From positions 1-64,000 of the forward strand of contig CAVPBK010000013.1 of the NCBI GenBank assembly GCA_963701855.1: DNA of 64,000 bases, written 5' to 3'. Every line of letters starts with the position of its first letter. Position 1 is the first letter of the stretch. Both the position numbers and the translations under genes were made by a program. Below the pieces are notes generated by a model that did no database searches, was not told the DNA's origin, and saw only the letters and a program-made list of their open reading frames with translations. Shown in pieces: positions 49,791 to 61,600 of this stretch. Source of the stretch: Nitrospirota bacterium (GTDB lineage: Bacteria > Nitrospirota > Nitrospiria > Nitrospirales > Nitrospiraceae).

Positions 49791-50712
49791 TTATTTTTTT
49801 TGCCTCTGGTGGGGCCGGCCCACCCGAGGAAAATACCTGTCATGGACCCGCTTTAGAACGTCCCCGTTCAATGTGCGTGTAGATCTGCGTCGTCGCAATA
49901 TTCGCATGGCCGAGCATCACTTGAACAGACCGAAGATCCGCGCCGCCTTCAAGCAGATGCGTCGCAAACGAATGCCGAAGCATGTGCGGCGAGATCACCT
50001 GTCTAATTCCTGCTCTCTGTGCACGGCGTCGCAGCAATTTCCAAAAGGCTTGTCGCGTCAATGGCCCGCCCCGCCTCGACACAAACACATACCGTGAAAC
50101 CCGCTTCTTGAGAAGTCGTGGCCGCGCCTCTTCCACATACTGCTGCAGCAGCTGTCGAGCCCTCTCACCCACCGGCACAAGGCGCTGCTTCGCGCCCTTG
50201 CCGGTGACCCGGAGGTATCCGACATCGAGATTCACCAGCGCCATTTCAACCATTACCAGTTCCGACACGCGAAGCCCCGTTGCATAGAGCAACTCCAACA
50301 TCGAGCGATCACGCAGATCTTCAAGGGTCGGGACTGCCCCCAAATCTAACAACGCGGTGACATCCTGCTGCGATAGAGCTTTCGGCAGTCGAACGGCTCG
50401 CGATATCGGGGCCAAACCAATGGTAGGATTCTCCTCGATCATCCGTTCCCGCATCAGAAACTGGAGCCATCCACGAATAGCAGAGAGACAGCGTAGGGAA
50501 GAAGCGCGAGACAATCGTGCCTCGTGCATGAAACGGAGAAATCCCGTCAATGTCTCCGGCATAAGAGGCCCGATCGGCACGACACCGATTCGCTGCAAAT
50601 AGGAATGAAACTTATGCAGGTCGCGACGGTAGGCTTCGATTGTATTGACGGACAGACCGCCCTCTACCCGGAGATGGCTCAAATATCGCTCTGCTAGCGG
50701 ATGTAACATCAT
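49791..50712 (-). CDS. xerD: Tyrosine recombinase XerD (apparent one-base insertion near the 3' end)
   Basis: LYATGLRVSEL, GKGAKQR, HMLRHSFATH, LGHA..TTQIYTH; removing one base near 49858 restores RLKRVHDRYFPR. Confidence 0.9.
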
Positions 50713-50846
50713 CTTTTGCCATGATAGCCAACGCTGATACTGAACACAACGAGCCCTGCGGGCCATGGGGGTTTACCTTGACACCCCACAGGGTTTCCGA
50801 TAGTAGTCACATGCGAATGACATAGCCGTCAGACCGCCAGGAGCTC

Positions 50847-52829
50847 ATGGCCCGCCCGTTGATATCTCTGTTCTCATATCGCACGTATGCCCTTTCGGCA
50901 CGGTGGTGCCTATCGCTGACACTTGTCTGGAGCATACTTTGGCCAGTCACTGGGTTCGAGTTCAATTCGCCCGTCTATGCGGAAACAGGGCCAGCCGGCC
51001 AGGCGAACAATCCCACGCTGAAGCAGGCGAAGCGCCTGCTCGACGCAGGTCAGGCTGAAGAGGCCATCACTACGCTCCGTCGTTTTCTAGCCACCTCTCC
51101 GAAGCCTGATCTGCTGGACGACACCTATCTACTCCTCGGTGCCGCCTTACACAGCTCGAAGCAATATGGGGACGCCTTAAAATACCTGCTGCAGCTGCAA
51201 ACCGAGTTCCCCGATTCAGAAGTAACGGATCGAGGCAAGCTGATGCAGGCTCGAGTCCATGCGGCAATGGGCAACCTCGATCTTGCCCTCCCGATCTTGA
51301 ACGGGCTGCGCAATCTTTCAAAAGATGAAGGCACGAAACGCGAAGCCCTGCGGCTGAGCGGTGAGTTCTATGCGCAAAAAAAGGACGCGCCCCGTGCCAT
51401 TCAGGCGTGGCTCGATGAAGTGGCCTTGGGAACCGAAGACCAGGCGGAAGACGTGCGGACCCGGATTCGCGAGCTGGCCAGCGAGACCTCCGACAAGAAA
51501 GCCCTCGAACAAATCCGGGACACCTTTCCACGCAACTTTCCCGGTGATCTCGCGTCCCTCCGGCTCATCGATCTCTACATCGGCCGTGGAGAGGACCACC
51601 AAGCCATCCGGCAGATCCAACAATTTCTCGTGAATTTCCCGACTCACCCGCAAGCAGCGAAAACCTCTGAACTCCTCGCTACACTCCAAGCCAAACAAAA
51701 ATCCAACCAGTTTTTCATCGCCGGAGTCCTGCCACTTTCAGGAAAGCTCGCCCCCTATGCCGGTGAAGTCCTCAGCGGAATTCAGCTGGCCGTCGAAGCA
51801 ACTAGAGACAAGGCAGGGAGCCCATCGATCGGTCTCATCGTCAAAGATTTGGAATCCGATTACGCCTCGTTTTTAGACGAGTTCTCCGAATTGCTGAATA
51901 CCGATCGCCCCCTCGCCGTGATCGGTCCGCTCCTCTCAAAGAATCTGCCGGTCATGGCAGAACTCGCCGAGCGAGCCCACATCCCTCTGATCACGCCGAC
52001 GGCAACCCTCCCCAACGTCAGACGACTCGGCAACTATGTGTTCAGCACGGCGCTCACCTATGAACTTCAAGCCAAACGAATCGCGGCCTATGCCATCAAA
52101 GAACAAGGCTTCCGCCGATTCTGCATCCTGCATCCTGACACCGCGTATGGCCGCGAGTTGGCCCGGCTCTTCGCCCACGAAGTTCGCCAACACGAGGGGG
52201 AAGTGATTGCCATCGAATCTTACAAAGAGGGCGAAGCCGATGTGAGTGCGCAACTCAAACGCATGAAAGTGGAGGATCTCAAGAAGTACGGCTTGTCCGT
52301 GCCGGCTGATCAAACGAAATTGACAGGGAAACTGACAAAACTGGACAAGAAAGTCTTCTATACGCCGGGCTTCGACGCCATCTTCATTCCAGGCCGCGCA
52401 GCCGACGCCGGCCTCATTACAGCCCAGCTCAATTTCCACGACATGAAAGTGCCTTTCCTCGGCGCGAATGGATGGAACTCGCCCGACTTCGCCCGCACGG
52501 ACGATTCGTCGAGCGACGGAGCCGTATTCGTCGACGGCTTCTTTGTAGACAGCCCCACTCCAACGGTGCAGGATTTTGTCGCCCGGTACAAAAAACGATT
52601 TGAAACCAGCCCGACAGTCTTTGCGATGCAAGGCTACGATGCCGCAAAGTTGGTGCTCGATGCAGTTCGAAAAGGCGCCTCCTCCGGCGAAGCCGTCCGC
52701 GATCAACTGCTGACACAGCCGGACCTTTCCTCCCTTGCGGGACCGGCGGCGTTTGGACCGGACGGAACATTGAACCGTCCGCTCTTTCTCATACAAATCA
52801 AACGAGGCCGATTCCTTCAGGTGAACTAA
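50847..52829 (+). CDS. TPR + periplasmic-binding-fold protein, LpoA/LppC-like PBP activator
   Basis: N-terminal TPRs; LPLSG, VIGPL, YG..LA..F, GYDA. Confidence 0.8.
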   Translation: MARPLISLFSYRTYALSARWCLSLTLVWSILWPVTGFEFNSPVYAETGPAGQANNPTLKQAKRLLDAGQAEEAITTLRRFLATSPKPDLLDDTYLLLGAALHSSKQYGDALKYLLQLQTEFPDSEVTDRGKLMQARVHAAMGNLDLALPILNGLRNLSKDEGTKREALRLSGEFYAQKKDAPRAIQAWLDEVALGTEDQAEDVRTRIRELASETSDKKALEQIRDTFPRNFPGDLASLRLIDLYIGRGEDHQAIRQIQQFLVNFPTHPQAAKTSELLATLQAKQKSNQFFIAGVLPLSGKLAPYAGEVLSGIQLAVEATRDKAGSPSIGLIVKDLESDYASFLDEFSELLNTDRPLAVIGPLLSKNLPVMAELAERAHIPLITPTATLPNVRRLGNYVFSTALTYELQAKRIAAYAIKEQGFRRFCILHPDTAYGRELARLFAHEVRQHEGEVIAIESYKEGEADVSAQLKRMKVEDLKKYGLSVPADQTKLTGKLTKLDKKVFYTPGFDAIFIPGRAADAGLITAQLNFHDMKVPFLGANGWNSPDFARTDDSSSDGAVFVDGFFVDSPTPTVQDFVARYKKRFETSPTVFAMQGYDAAKLVLDAVRKGASSGEAVRDQLLTQPDLSSLAGPAAFGPDGTLNRPLFLIQIKRGRFLQVN

Positions 52830-52842
52830 GAAAGCCAACCGT

Positions 52843-53586
52843 ATGAACTCTTTACCGCAGATCCTCCATACGATTTCCTACATGGGGCTCCCGCTCCTGT
52901 TCGCGATGGTGTTGCACGAGTACGCACACGGCTGGGTTGCCTATCGGTGCGGCGATTCGACGGCCAAACTCCAGGGCCGGCTTACCATGAATCCGCTGGC
53001 GCACATCGATCCGTTCGGAACCGTCATCCTACCGCTGCTGTGCCTACTCATGCCGGGAGGATTTCTCCTCGGCTGGGCGAAGCCAGTCCCGATCGATCCA
53101 CGCGCCATGCGCCAACCACGTCGCGACATGGCGCTCGTCGCGGCGGCTGGGCCGGTTATGAATCTCGCCCTGGCCATCGGCAGCGCTCTTCTCTTCGCAC
53201 TCCTCTTATCGATCGATTCCTCGATTGGAAGCTACTGGTCCAAATCGGAAGAGGCCCCGCCTCCGGATACGTGGCACCAACTGTTCCTCTTGCCGATCGC
53301 CGTGATGTCGGTCTACTCCGTCTTGATTAACGTGCTCTTGATGCTGTTCAATCTGCTGCCGCTTCCCCCATTGGACGGTGGGAGAATTCTCACAAGTCTT
53401 CTCCCTCACAACGCGGCGATTGCGCTCTCCCGCGTAGAACCCTATGGCATGTTCATCTTGATGGGGCTGATTATCCTCGATCCGCAGATTCACCTGATCC
53501 ATACCATCACCAGCACCTTTACCCACAGCCTCTCCAATACGATTCTCTCCACCGCCATCGGTCTCGGAGCGGGAAACACACCATGA
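52843..53586 (+). CDS. Site-2 protease (M50)
   Basis: HEYAH, AGP..N, NLLPLPPLDG. Confidence 0.93.
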   Translation: MNSLPQILHTISYMGLPLLFAMVLHEYAHGWVAYRCGDSTAKLQGRLTMNPLAHIDPFGTVILPLLCLLMPGGFLLGWAKPVPIDPRAMRQPRRDMALVAAAGPVMNLALAIGSALLFALLLSIDSSIGSYWSKSEEAPPPDTWHQLFLLPIAVMSVYSVLINVLLMLFNLLPLPPLDGGRILTSLLPHNAAIALSRVEPYGMFILMGLIILDPQIHLIHTITSTFTHSLSNTILSTAIGLGAGNTP

Positions 53587-54572
53587 CCACACCCAGGAAA
53601 CGAGTCCTCAGCGGCATGCAGCCGAGCGGGCTGCTGCATCTCGGCAATTACCTCGGCGCCTTGGAGAATTGGAAAGGCCTTCAGAACGAGTTCGAGTGCT
53701 ATTTCTTTGTCGCCGACTGGCACGCGCTCTCGACAAATTATGCCGACACCAGTCGCATCCGAGAGTTCGTCCACGAGTTGTTGATCGACTGGCTGGCTGC
53801 CGGCATCGATCCTGCGAAAGCCACGGTGTTCGTGCAATCGCGTATCCCGGAACATGCCGTCCTGCATCTCTTACTCTCCATGATCATTCCTGTCGCCTGG
53901 CTGGAACGGAATCCGACTTATAAGGAAAAACAGGAAGAGATAAAGGAGCGTGATCTGAGCACGTACGGATTTCTCGGCTATCCAGTCCTCCAAGCCGCAG
54001 ATATCCTCATCTACAAACCGGATTTCGTACCGGTAGGCAAAGACCAGCTGCCGCACCTTGAGCTCACCAGAGAACTCGCCCGCCGGTTCAATAGCCTGTA
54101 CAGGCCGGTATTCCCTGAGCCGTTGGAGCAGCTCACGAAGTTTCCGAAAGTGCTCGGCACGGATGGCCGGAAGATGAGTAAAAGCTACGGCAACACGATC
54201 AACCTCTCAGACCCCGAGCCGGTCGTGCGCCAGAAACTCAAGACGATGGTCACCGATCCAGCCCGAGTCCGACGCCACGATCCCGGGAACCCGGACCTCT
54301 GCCCGGTGTACGATTTTCACAAAATCTTTTCATTGCCGCCGATTCAGGAGCAGATTAATACCGAATGTCGAACCGCCGCCATCGGCTGTATTGACTGCAA
54401 GAAACTTGTCGCCGATCGAGTGGTCGAACGCATGACACCGATGTGGGATGCTCGTGCGCGCCTAAGTCAAGATTCCGCATACCTGAACGACATCGTAGCA
54501 GAGGGCAGCCGTCGGGCCGGCGAGGTCGCCAAAGCGACGCTCCATGACGTGAACGAGGCGATGAACATTTAA
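53583..54572 (+). CDS. trpS: Tryptophanyl-tRNA synthetase
   Basis: SGMQPSG..HLGNY, YPVLQAADI, KMSKS. Confidence 0.97.
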   Translation: MTTPRKRVLSGMQPSGLLHLGNYLGALENWKGLQNEFECYFFVADWHALSTNYADTSRIREFVHELLIDWLAAGIDPAKATVFVQSRIPEHAVLHLLLSMIIPVAWLERNPTYKEKQEEIKERDLSTYGFLGYPVLQAADILIYKPDFVPVGKDQLPHLELTRELARRFNSLYRPVFPEPLEQLTKFPKVLGTDGRKMSKSYGNTINLSDPEPVVRQKLKTMVTDPARVRRHDPGNPDLCPVYDFHKIFSLPPIQEQINTECRTAAIGCIDCKKLVADRVVERMTPMWDARARLSQDSAYLNDIVAEGSRRAGEVAKATLHDVNEAMNI

Positions 54573-54974
54573 ATGAGGAAGAAGATAAGGAGTTGCAAGG
54601 TTTGGCAAGGAGGACTCTCGGGCTGCGGAACCTGGATGCACTCCGACAAACAGTCTGTCACCATTTTCACCAACCCGCCGGAAAGCACGGTCGTCATTGA
54701 CGACTACCTGCACCTCACCGCGCCAGGCACAGTCACCCTCAGCCGCAAAGGCAACCACCTCGCCCAGGCGAACAAATACGGCTATGAATAGGCATCGCTC
54801 AAGATCGACCGGAACTGGTCCTGGTGGGTCGTCGGAGATATTTTGGACTGCCTCATTATTTTTTCACCGCTCTGCATCATGCACGACATCGACAAAGGCG
54901 GCTACTATACGTTCGACGACAAGATCTATCTGACGCTCGATTGCCGGACGACTGAACCTCTTCCCCTCAAATGA
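54573..54974 (+). pseudogene. PEGA-domain lipoprotein remnant with in-frame TAG
   Basis: LSGC lipobox lacking a hydrophobic leader; TNPPESTV..TAP PEGA-like segment; TAG at 54789-54791, then the frame stays open to TGA 54974. Confidence 0.6.
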
Positions 54975-55016
54975 ATACCGTTGACGGTTGGGCTGGGCGT
55001 GGGATAGACTGACCCC

Positions 55017-55388
55017 ATGCAAATACATACTCATCGATCTCTTTCAGTGCTGGCAGGCACACTCGTCGTGCTCTTTTTCGCATTGAGCTTCAATGCCTAT
55101 GCTTGCCTCCTCCCGGTAAATGGTGTCACGTCTTCTGCAATGGACAATGGATGTTCGACTCCGGATGAACAACCAACCTCTCAGTACTGCGATGCGTTTA
55201 AAACGCTCGGCGTCCAAGCTGCAGATAAGCTTCCCCTCAACAGTGACTATCAAGCCCTCTGTCCAGAAGACACTGCCTCGCTAGCGCTTCTTGTCATCCT
55301 CACTTCACACAGCAGCCGCTTGTCCGATCATCCCGCGGTTAGTCCTCATCAGGATCTCCTGCTCAAGATTTCCGTGCTTCGCATCTGA
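55017..55388 (+). CDS. Small exported Cys-containing protein at the head of the metal-efflux operon
   Basis: Signal peptide AYAC, several Cys, C-terminal VLRI of the type often seen before cus/czc operons. Confidence 0.65.
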   Translation: MQIHTHRSLSVLAGTLVVLFFALSFNAYACLLPVNGVTSSAMDNGCSTPDEQPTSQYCDAFKTLGVQAADKLPLNSDYQALCPEDTASLALLVILTSHSSRLSDHPAVSPHQDLLLKISVLRI

Positions 55389-55547
55389 TCTTTCTCCTTC
55401 CATATCTTGCAATCGCTCCTGTGCCATCACGTGTGCCGTTCGACGCTTAGTTTCAGCGTCCGGGTTCCCTTCTAATTCTCTGGGGCAACATATAGCCAGA
55501 GCGCAGACGGGTCGTCGAACGTGTAAGAACTTCGGGAGGTCATCTCT

Positions 55548-56837
55548 ATGAAACGGAATAGACGACGTCAATGTCTAACGGTCGTGTACGTGTTGGTGAT
55601 GTTCTTCAGCAGCGGACCGTTGTGGGCGCAAGATGACGACTCCGTAGTGCGCAACAGGCTGGTGCTGCCGGAATTGATCCAAGAGGTCCTAGCTCGGAAT
55701 CCCGAGCTTGTGGCGGCACGCAAGCAATGGGAAGCCGTCACGAATCGGATTACGCCGGCACGGTCATTAGATGACCCAATCCTGTCCCTCCAGTTGTGGA
55801 ATTTCCCCCAGAGCTTCAATGTCACGCAGACGCAGAACAATATTTTCGGTCTCGCGCAGAATCTCCCCTTTCCCGGCAAACTCGCGCTCAAAGGCAACGT
55901 GGCGAGTCGTTCGGCTGATATGACCGAGCAGGCGGTCCGTGCGAAGGAACGGGAGTTGGTCGCTCGCATGAAGCAGGCCTACTACGATTTGTTTCTCGCG
56001 CAGAAGGCACTCCAGATTCATCATGAACAGGTGGAGCTGTTCAAACAATTTGTGGAGATTGCGAACGCAAAGTTCCGTGCGGGCAAGGGAAGCCAGGCCG
56101 ATGTCTTCAAGGCTCAAGTCGAGTTGTCCCTGCTGTTCCAACATCTTCCCGTCCTGGACCAGCGTCGAGAAACCGCCGAAGCGATGCTGAATACGCTGCT
56201 TGATCGAGATCCCGCATTCCGCTTGGGCCTTGCGCAAGAACCCTCTCAACTCCCACTCGAGACGCCCATGAACGATCTGCATCAGTTCGCGTTAAACGAC
56301 AGACCGGAACTCAAATCCGCCGAACTCGCAGTGCAGCGGAACGAGCAATCCCACGCGCTGGCCCAGCGTCAGTACTATCCGGACTTCAACGTGGCGTTTC
56401 AGCGCTTTCAAAACTATCAGGCCAACGACGGATTCGGCGCCTATGTGGCGATGAGTATTCCGTTCGCGTTTTGGACCAAGCCGAAGTATGACGCGGGCGT
56501 GCAGGAGGCCGCGGCGGCGGTAGCGGTCGCGCGGGCGGAGCAACATACCTTAGAAAACCTGACCCGGTTTCAGATCAACGATCTCCTGGCCAAGCTCCGG
56601 GCGACTGACCAGACGGCCACGTTGTACCGCACCACCATCCTGCCACAGGCCGAGCAGAGCGTGGACGCGGCGCGGGTCGGGTATCGTGCGGGCAAAGCAG
56701 GGTTTCTGGAGCTGATTGACGCGCAGAAGGCCTGGCGAGGATTTCAGCTTGAGTATTTCCAGGCGCTCGTGGACCGCCAGCATCGACTGGCTGAACTCGA
56801 GCAAGTCGTCGGCATCACGCTTGATCGGCACAGCTAA
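55548..56837 (+). CDS. TolC-family outer membrane efflux protein (CusC-like)
   Basis: NPEL.AA, QNLPFPGKL, YRAGK..FLELIDAQ; operon context. Confidence 0.9.
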   Translation: MKRNRRRQCLTVVYVLVMFFSSGPLWAQDDDSVVRNRLVLPELIQEVLARNPELVAARKQWEAVTNRITPARSLDDPILSLQLWNFPQSFNVTQTQNNIFGLAQNLPFPGKLALKGNVASRSADMTEQAVRAKERELVARMKQAYYDLFLAQKALQIHHEQVELFKQFVEIANAKFRAGKGSQADVFKAQVELSLLFQHLPVLDQRRETAEAMLNTLLDRDPAFRLGLAQEPSQLPLETPMNDLHQFALNDRPELKSAELAVQRNEQSHALAQRQYYPDFNVAFQRFQNYQANDGFGAYVAMSIPFAFWTKPKYDAGVQEAAAAVAVARAEQHTLENLTRFQINDLLAKLRATDQTATLYRTTILPQAEQSVDAARVGYRAGKAGFLELIDAQKAWRGFQLEYFQALVDRQHRLAELEQVVGITLDRHS

Positions 56838-56859
56838 CGCAATCAATAAGGAGGAGCAC

Positions 56860-58617
56860 ATGAATCAGCAGACATACAGAAAAAGTTTCGTGGTTGGCGC
56901 TGTGGCGATCGGTTTGATCGCCGGAGTCACCGTCGGCTTCTTCGCTGCTCACAGAACGATGGCTGACATAGTTGGCATGATCATCGGAACAGGAGTCGTC
57001 TCGGCGGCCCCAGAGCGGACGGGTGATATCGGTGACATGAAACAGATGGAGATGAAGGGCGGAACCATGCAGGGCATGCCAGGCATGTCTGCTGCACCGT
57101 CCGGGGCTGTGGTGGTTCCGGCTGTGATGAGACAGTTGATCGGGGTCCGAAGCGCGCCGGCCAGCATCGTGCTATTAGGGCAAGAGATTCGCGCGGTCGG
57201 CACGGTCGGCTACGACGAACGCGGCTTTACTCAGGTCACAGTGAAAACCTCCGGGTGGGTGCGAGAGGTCTTTGTGAATTCGATCGGTCGCCCCGTACGC
57301 AAAGGCGACCCCCTCTTCACCCTCTACTCACCGGACCTTCTGGCCACGCAAGACGAATATCTCCTCGCCGTGAAAACGCAGGGTCAACTGGCTGCCAGTC
57401 CGCTCGCTGAAGTCAAAGCGAACGCGGTTTCCCTCGTGGGCAGTGCGCGGGAACGCCTGCGATTGTGGGACGTGACCGATGCACAAATGGCCGCGCTGGA
57501 ACGTCGAGGTAAAGCGGAGCCGGTGCTCACGGTCTTTGCCCCATCCTCCGGGATCGTCCTGAAGCGAGAGGCCGTGCCTGGAAAATATGTGGAGCCGGGC
57601 ACGACACTGTACGAGGTGGCGGATCTCTCCACGGTCTGGATCTCTGCCGACATTTATGAGTCCGAGGTCGCGGCGGTGACACTCAACCAGCCAGCTTTAG
57701 TCACCTTCGCCGCGTATCCGGGAGAAACGTTTGAAGGCACGGTTTCGTACATTTATACCACCCTGAATACCGAAGCCCGCACGGTGCGGGTGCGGTTGGA
57801 CATGCCAAATCCTGGGCTGAGACTGAAGCCGGGCATGTTCGGCACCGTCACCTTGCAAACCGATGCGGCGAGGGCGTTGGTTGTGCCCAAGGAAGCCGTG
57901 CTGGACACCGGACTTCGGCAACTCGTGTTCATCGATCGTGGCGAAGGAGCTTACGCGCCGTATCCAGTCAAGCTTGGCCGCAGGAGCCAGGATCACGTGG
58001 AAGTGCTGGAAGGACTCAAAGAAGGAGATCGCATCGTGACCTCGGCCAATTTCCTGTTGGACGCAGAGAGTAAGTTGGCTTCAGCGTCGAGCATGCAGGC
58101 CATGATGGGCAGGATCGGCATGGGCGATTGGCAGATGCGCGGTGCGCACGAGGGCAAGATGCAAGGCATGGACATGGGCGATATGCAAGGCATGAAGGGG
58201 ATGCCGATGGGGGATATGAAGGGAATGGAAGGGATGAAGGGGATGGAGAACATGCCTGGCATGGGGATGGGAGGCAAGAAGGAGGGAGCTGAGACTCGCC
58301 AGATTAACGGCCTTAGCCTCGCTCTCACGACGGTGCCGGAACAGCCCAAGGCAGGTAATGTGCTGCTCAAGCTCACGCTCACAGATCAGGCCGGCAAGCC
58401 AGTGACCAATGCGCAAGTCGTGTTCGTCTATACGATGCCGATGCCGGGCATGACCGATTCCAAGGTGACGGCTCGCCATACCAAGAATGGGCTCTACGAA
58501 GGTACGGTGCTCTTCGGTATGGGCGGCACGTGGGTGGTGACGGCCAATGTGACGGTACCAGGACAGCCGCCCCTTGCCGAAAAGTATCAGTTCGCGGTCG
58601 GCGGGGGAGGCATGTAA
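56860..58617 (+). CDS. cusB: CusB-like periplasmic adaptor with Met-rich linker and C-terminal YtkA/FixH-like domain
   Basis: RBS AAGGAGG; YSPDL..TQ.EYL, LKPGM, FLLDAES, MPMPGM. Confidence 0.88.
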   Translation: MNQQTYRKSFVVGAVAIGLIAGVTVGFFAAHRTMADIVGMIIGTGVVSAAPERTGDIGDMKQMEMKGGTMQGMPGMSAAPSGAVVVPAVMRQLIGVRSAPASIVLLGQEIRAVGTVGYDERGFTQVTVKTSGWVREVFVNSIGRPVRKGDPLFTLYSPDLLATQDEYLLAVKTQGQLAASPLAEVKANAVSLVGSARERLRLWDVTDAQMAALERRGKAEPVLTVFAPSSGIVLKREAVPGKYVEPGTTLYEVADLSTVWISADIYESEVAAVTLNQPALVTFAAYPGETFEGTVSYIYTTLNTEARTVRVRLDMPNPGLRLKPGMFGTVTLQTDAARALVVPKEAVLDTGLRQLVFIDRGEGAYAPYPVKLGRRSQDHVEVLEGLKEGDRIVTSANFLLDAESKLASASSMQAMMGRIGMGDWQMRGAHEGKMQGMDMGDMQGMKGMPMGDMKGMEGMKGMENMPGMGMGGKKEGAETRQINGLSLALTTVPEQPKAGNVLLKLTLTDQAGKPVTNAQVVFVYTMPMPGMTDSKVTARHTKNGLYEGTVLFGMGGTWVVTANVTVPGQPPLAEKYQFAVGGGGM

Positions 58618-58623
58618 GACGTC

Positions 58624-61600
58624 ATGATCGCGCGACTCATTGAAGGAAGTGCCCGCAATCCGGTTCTGGTCATCCTTTTTGTCTTGCTGTTGGCAAGCTG
58701 GGGCCTGTGGGCGGGATTTCAGGTTCCGCTGGATGCGATTCCTGATCTGTCCGATGTCCAAGTGATCGTCTACACCGAGTGGCAGGGGCGCAGCCCCACG
58801 TTGATTGAGGACCAGGTCACCTATCCAATCGTCGCCTCCCTGCTGGCCGGTCCGAAAGTCAAACGGGTGCGTGGCGTCTCGGAGTACGGGGTCTCGTACG
58901 TCTATGTGATCTTCGAAGACCGGACGGACTTGTACTGGGCACGCAGTCGTGTGCTGGAGTACATGCAAAAGTTGACCGGGAAGCTGCCCTCCGGTGTCGC
59001 ACCGACGCTAGGTCCTGACGCGACCGGGGTCGGGTGGGTGTATCAGTATGCACTGGTTGATGAGTCTGGCGCACACGACTTGGCGCAGCTCCGCAGTCTG
59101 CAAGATTGGTATTTGCGCTACCAACTGGAAAGTGTGCCAGGCGTCGCAGAAGTGGCGGTGGTCGGCGGGTTCGTCAAACAGTATCAAATTGAAGTGGACC
59201 CGAACACATTGGCCACCTACCGGTTACCGATCAAGACGATCATCGAAGCGGTCCGGAACAGCAATGCGGAGGTGAGCGGCCGCGTCTTAGAAATGGCCGG
59301 CACGGAATACGTGATTCGAGGGAGAGGCTACCTGCGATCTGTTGATGATATTGAGCTGATCCCAGTCGGGACGGATGGACGCGGCACGCCCATCTTGATC
59401 CGGGACATCGCCCATGTCCACATCGGACCGGACCAGCGTCGGGGCGTGGCCGAATTGGACGGCAAGGGCCAGACGGTCGGCGGCATCGTGATCATGCGGG
59501 CCGGAGAAAACGCGCTTGCCGTGATCGAGCGGATCAAAGCCAAGCTGGCAGAAATTACGCCGGCCCTACCGACAGGCGTCCACATCGCTCCCACCTACGA
59601 TCGGTCTGATCTCATTCATCGAGCCATTGCCGTACTCCGCGAGAAGCTCGTAGAGGAAAGTATCATTGTCAGCCTGGTCGCAGTGGTTTTTCTGTTCCAT
59701 CTGCGTAGCGCCCTGGTGGCGATTCTCATCCTGCCCGTGGCCGTGCTGCTGGCCTTCATCCCGATGGCGTACTTGCATATTACGTCCAGCATCATGTCGC
59801 TCGGTGGCATCGCCATTGCCATCGGCGCGATGGTGGACGCGGCCATCGTCATGGTAGAGAACGCCCATAAGCGGTTGGAGCAATCTCCGCATGCGGACCG
59901 GATCGAAACCATCATCGCGGCAGCCAAAGAAGTCGGCCGTCCCCTGTTCTTTTCATTGTTGGTGATTGCCGTATCGTTCCTGCCAATCTTTGCACTGGAA
60001 GCCCAAGAAGGACGATTGTTCACACCCCTGGCCTACACCAAGACCTTTGCAATGCTCTTTGCTACAGCACTTTCAGTGACCTTGGCTCCAGTGCTGATGG
60101 TCCTCCTCATCCGAGGGCGTATCCGAGCGGAGGCCAAGAATCCGTTGAATTGGCTGTTGGTCGCGTTGTATCGGCCCATCCTTTCCGGCGCGCTACGCGC
60201 CCGGTGGATGACACTCGGACTGGCTGTGGTGGTCGTGGGATTCACGGCGCCGATCTTTTCCCGCCTCGGCGCGGAATTCATGCCGCCGCTGAATGAGGGA
60301 ACCATCCTCTACATGCCGACTACCGTCCCTGGTCTCTCGATTCCTGAATCGGCCAAGGTGTTGCAGGTCCAGGATCACTTGCTCACGACCCTCCCTGAAG
60401 TGGAGCGAGTGTTCGGCAAGATGGGAAAGGCCTCGACGGCCACCGATCCGGCCTTTGTCGGAATGGGCGAGATCACGGTCACCCTCAAACCGGAAGCGCA
60501 ATGGCGTCCCGGCATGACCTGGGACCGTTTGCTGGATGAAATGGATGCGAAGCTACGCATTCCCGGCTTTCCAAACATCTGGTGGATGCCGATTCAGACT
60601 CGCACCGAGATGATCACGACTGGTGTGCGCAGCCCGGTCGGCATCAAAGTCCTGGGGCCGGATCTGAAGACCATTGAGAAAATCGGCTTGGAGATCGAGC
60701 ACGTCTTGACAAACGTGCCAGGCACGAAAAGCGCGTTTGCTGAACGGCTCAACGAAGGCTATTACCTGGATCTAACCGTGAACCGGCGTGAGGCGGCCCG
60801 CTATGGACTGACGGTGGGAGATGTGCAAGGGGTGATCACCTCAGCCATCGGGGGAGAAACTGTGACAACCACGGTCGAGGGGCGCGAGCGATATCCGGTC
60901 AATGTCCGCTATAAGCGCGAACTGCGCGATGATCCCGATCGGCTCAAACGGGTGTTGATCCCCACGCCGAGCGGCTCACAGATTCCACTCGGACAAATCG
61001 CAGAGATGGTCATTACGCAGGGGCCTCCGTCGATCACGGATGAGGCAGGAGCGCTGGCAGGTCTGGTTTCGGTCGCGGTCAGCGGCCGCGATCTCCGCGG
61101 CTACGTCGAAGACGCCCAACGAGCCGTCCGAGCCCGAGTAACGTTACCTCCTGGCTACCGGCTGGTCTGGGCTGGCCAATACGAGCATCTGGTGCGGGCC
61201 GAAGAGCGGTTAAAGCTGGTCGTCCCTGTCACCATTGGGATCATCCTCTTGCTGCTTTATCTCAATTTCGGTTCACTGTCAAAATCCCTCATCGTGCTCT
61301 TATCCGTCCCCTTCGCCACGATCGGGGCCATCTGGTATCTCGACTATCTGGGCTACAACTTGAGCGTGGCGGTCTGGGTCGGGATCATCGCTCTGGCCGG
61401 CGTGGCAGCGGAGACAGGCGTGGTGATGCTGGTCTATCTCGACGAGGCCTATGAGCGGCGAGTACGCGAAGGCCGCATGGCAACAGCACAGGACCTGCTC
61501 GAAGCCATTATGGAAGGCGCGGTTCAGCGGGTGCGGCCCAAGATGATGACGGTCGCCGCGATTATGGGCGGGTTGCTCCCCATTATGTGGACCACTGGTA

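Noticed and set aside
49396..50712. Integrase next to tRNAs suggesting a prophage or island
   Set aside because: The recombinase is XerD-like, the neighbours are core genes, and no att duplication or phage genes are seen.
58093..58269. Tandem repeats as a CRISPR array
   Set aside because: They are in-frame Met-Gly codon repeats without spacers. No CRISPR array or cas gene was seen anywhere in the window.
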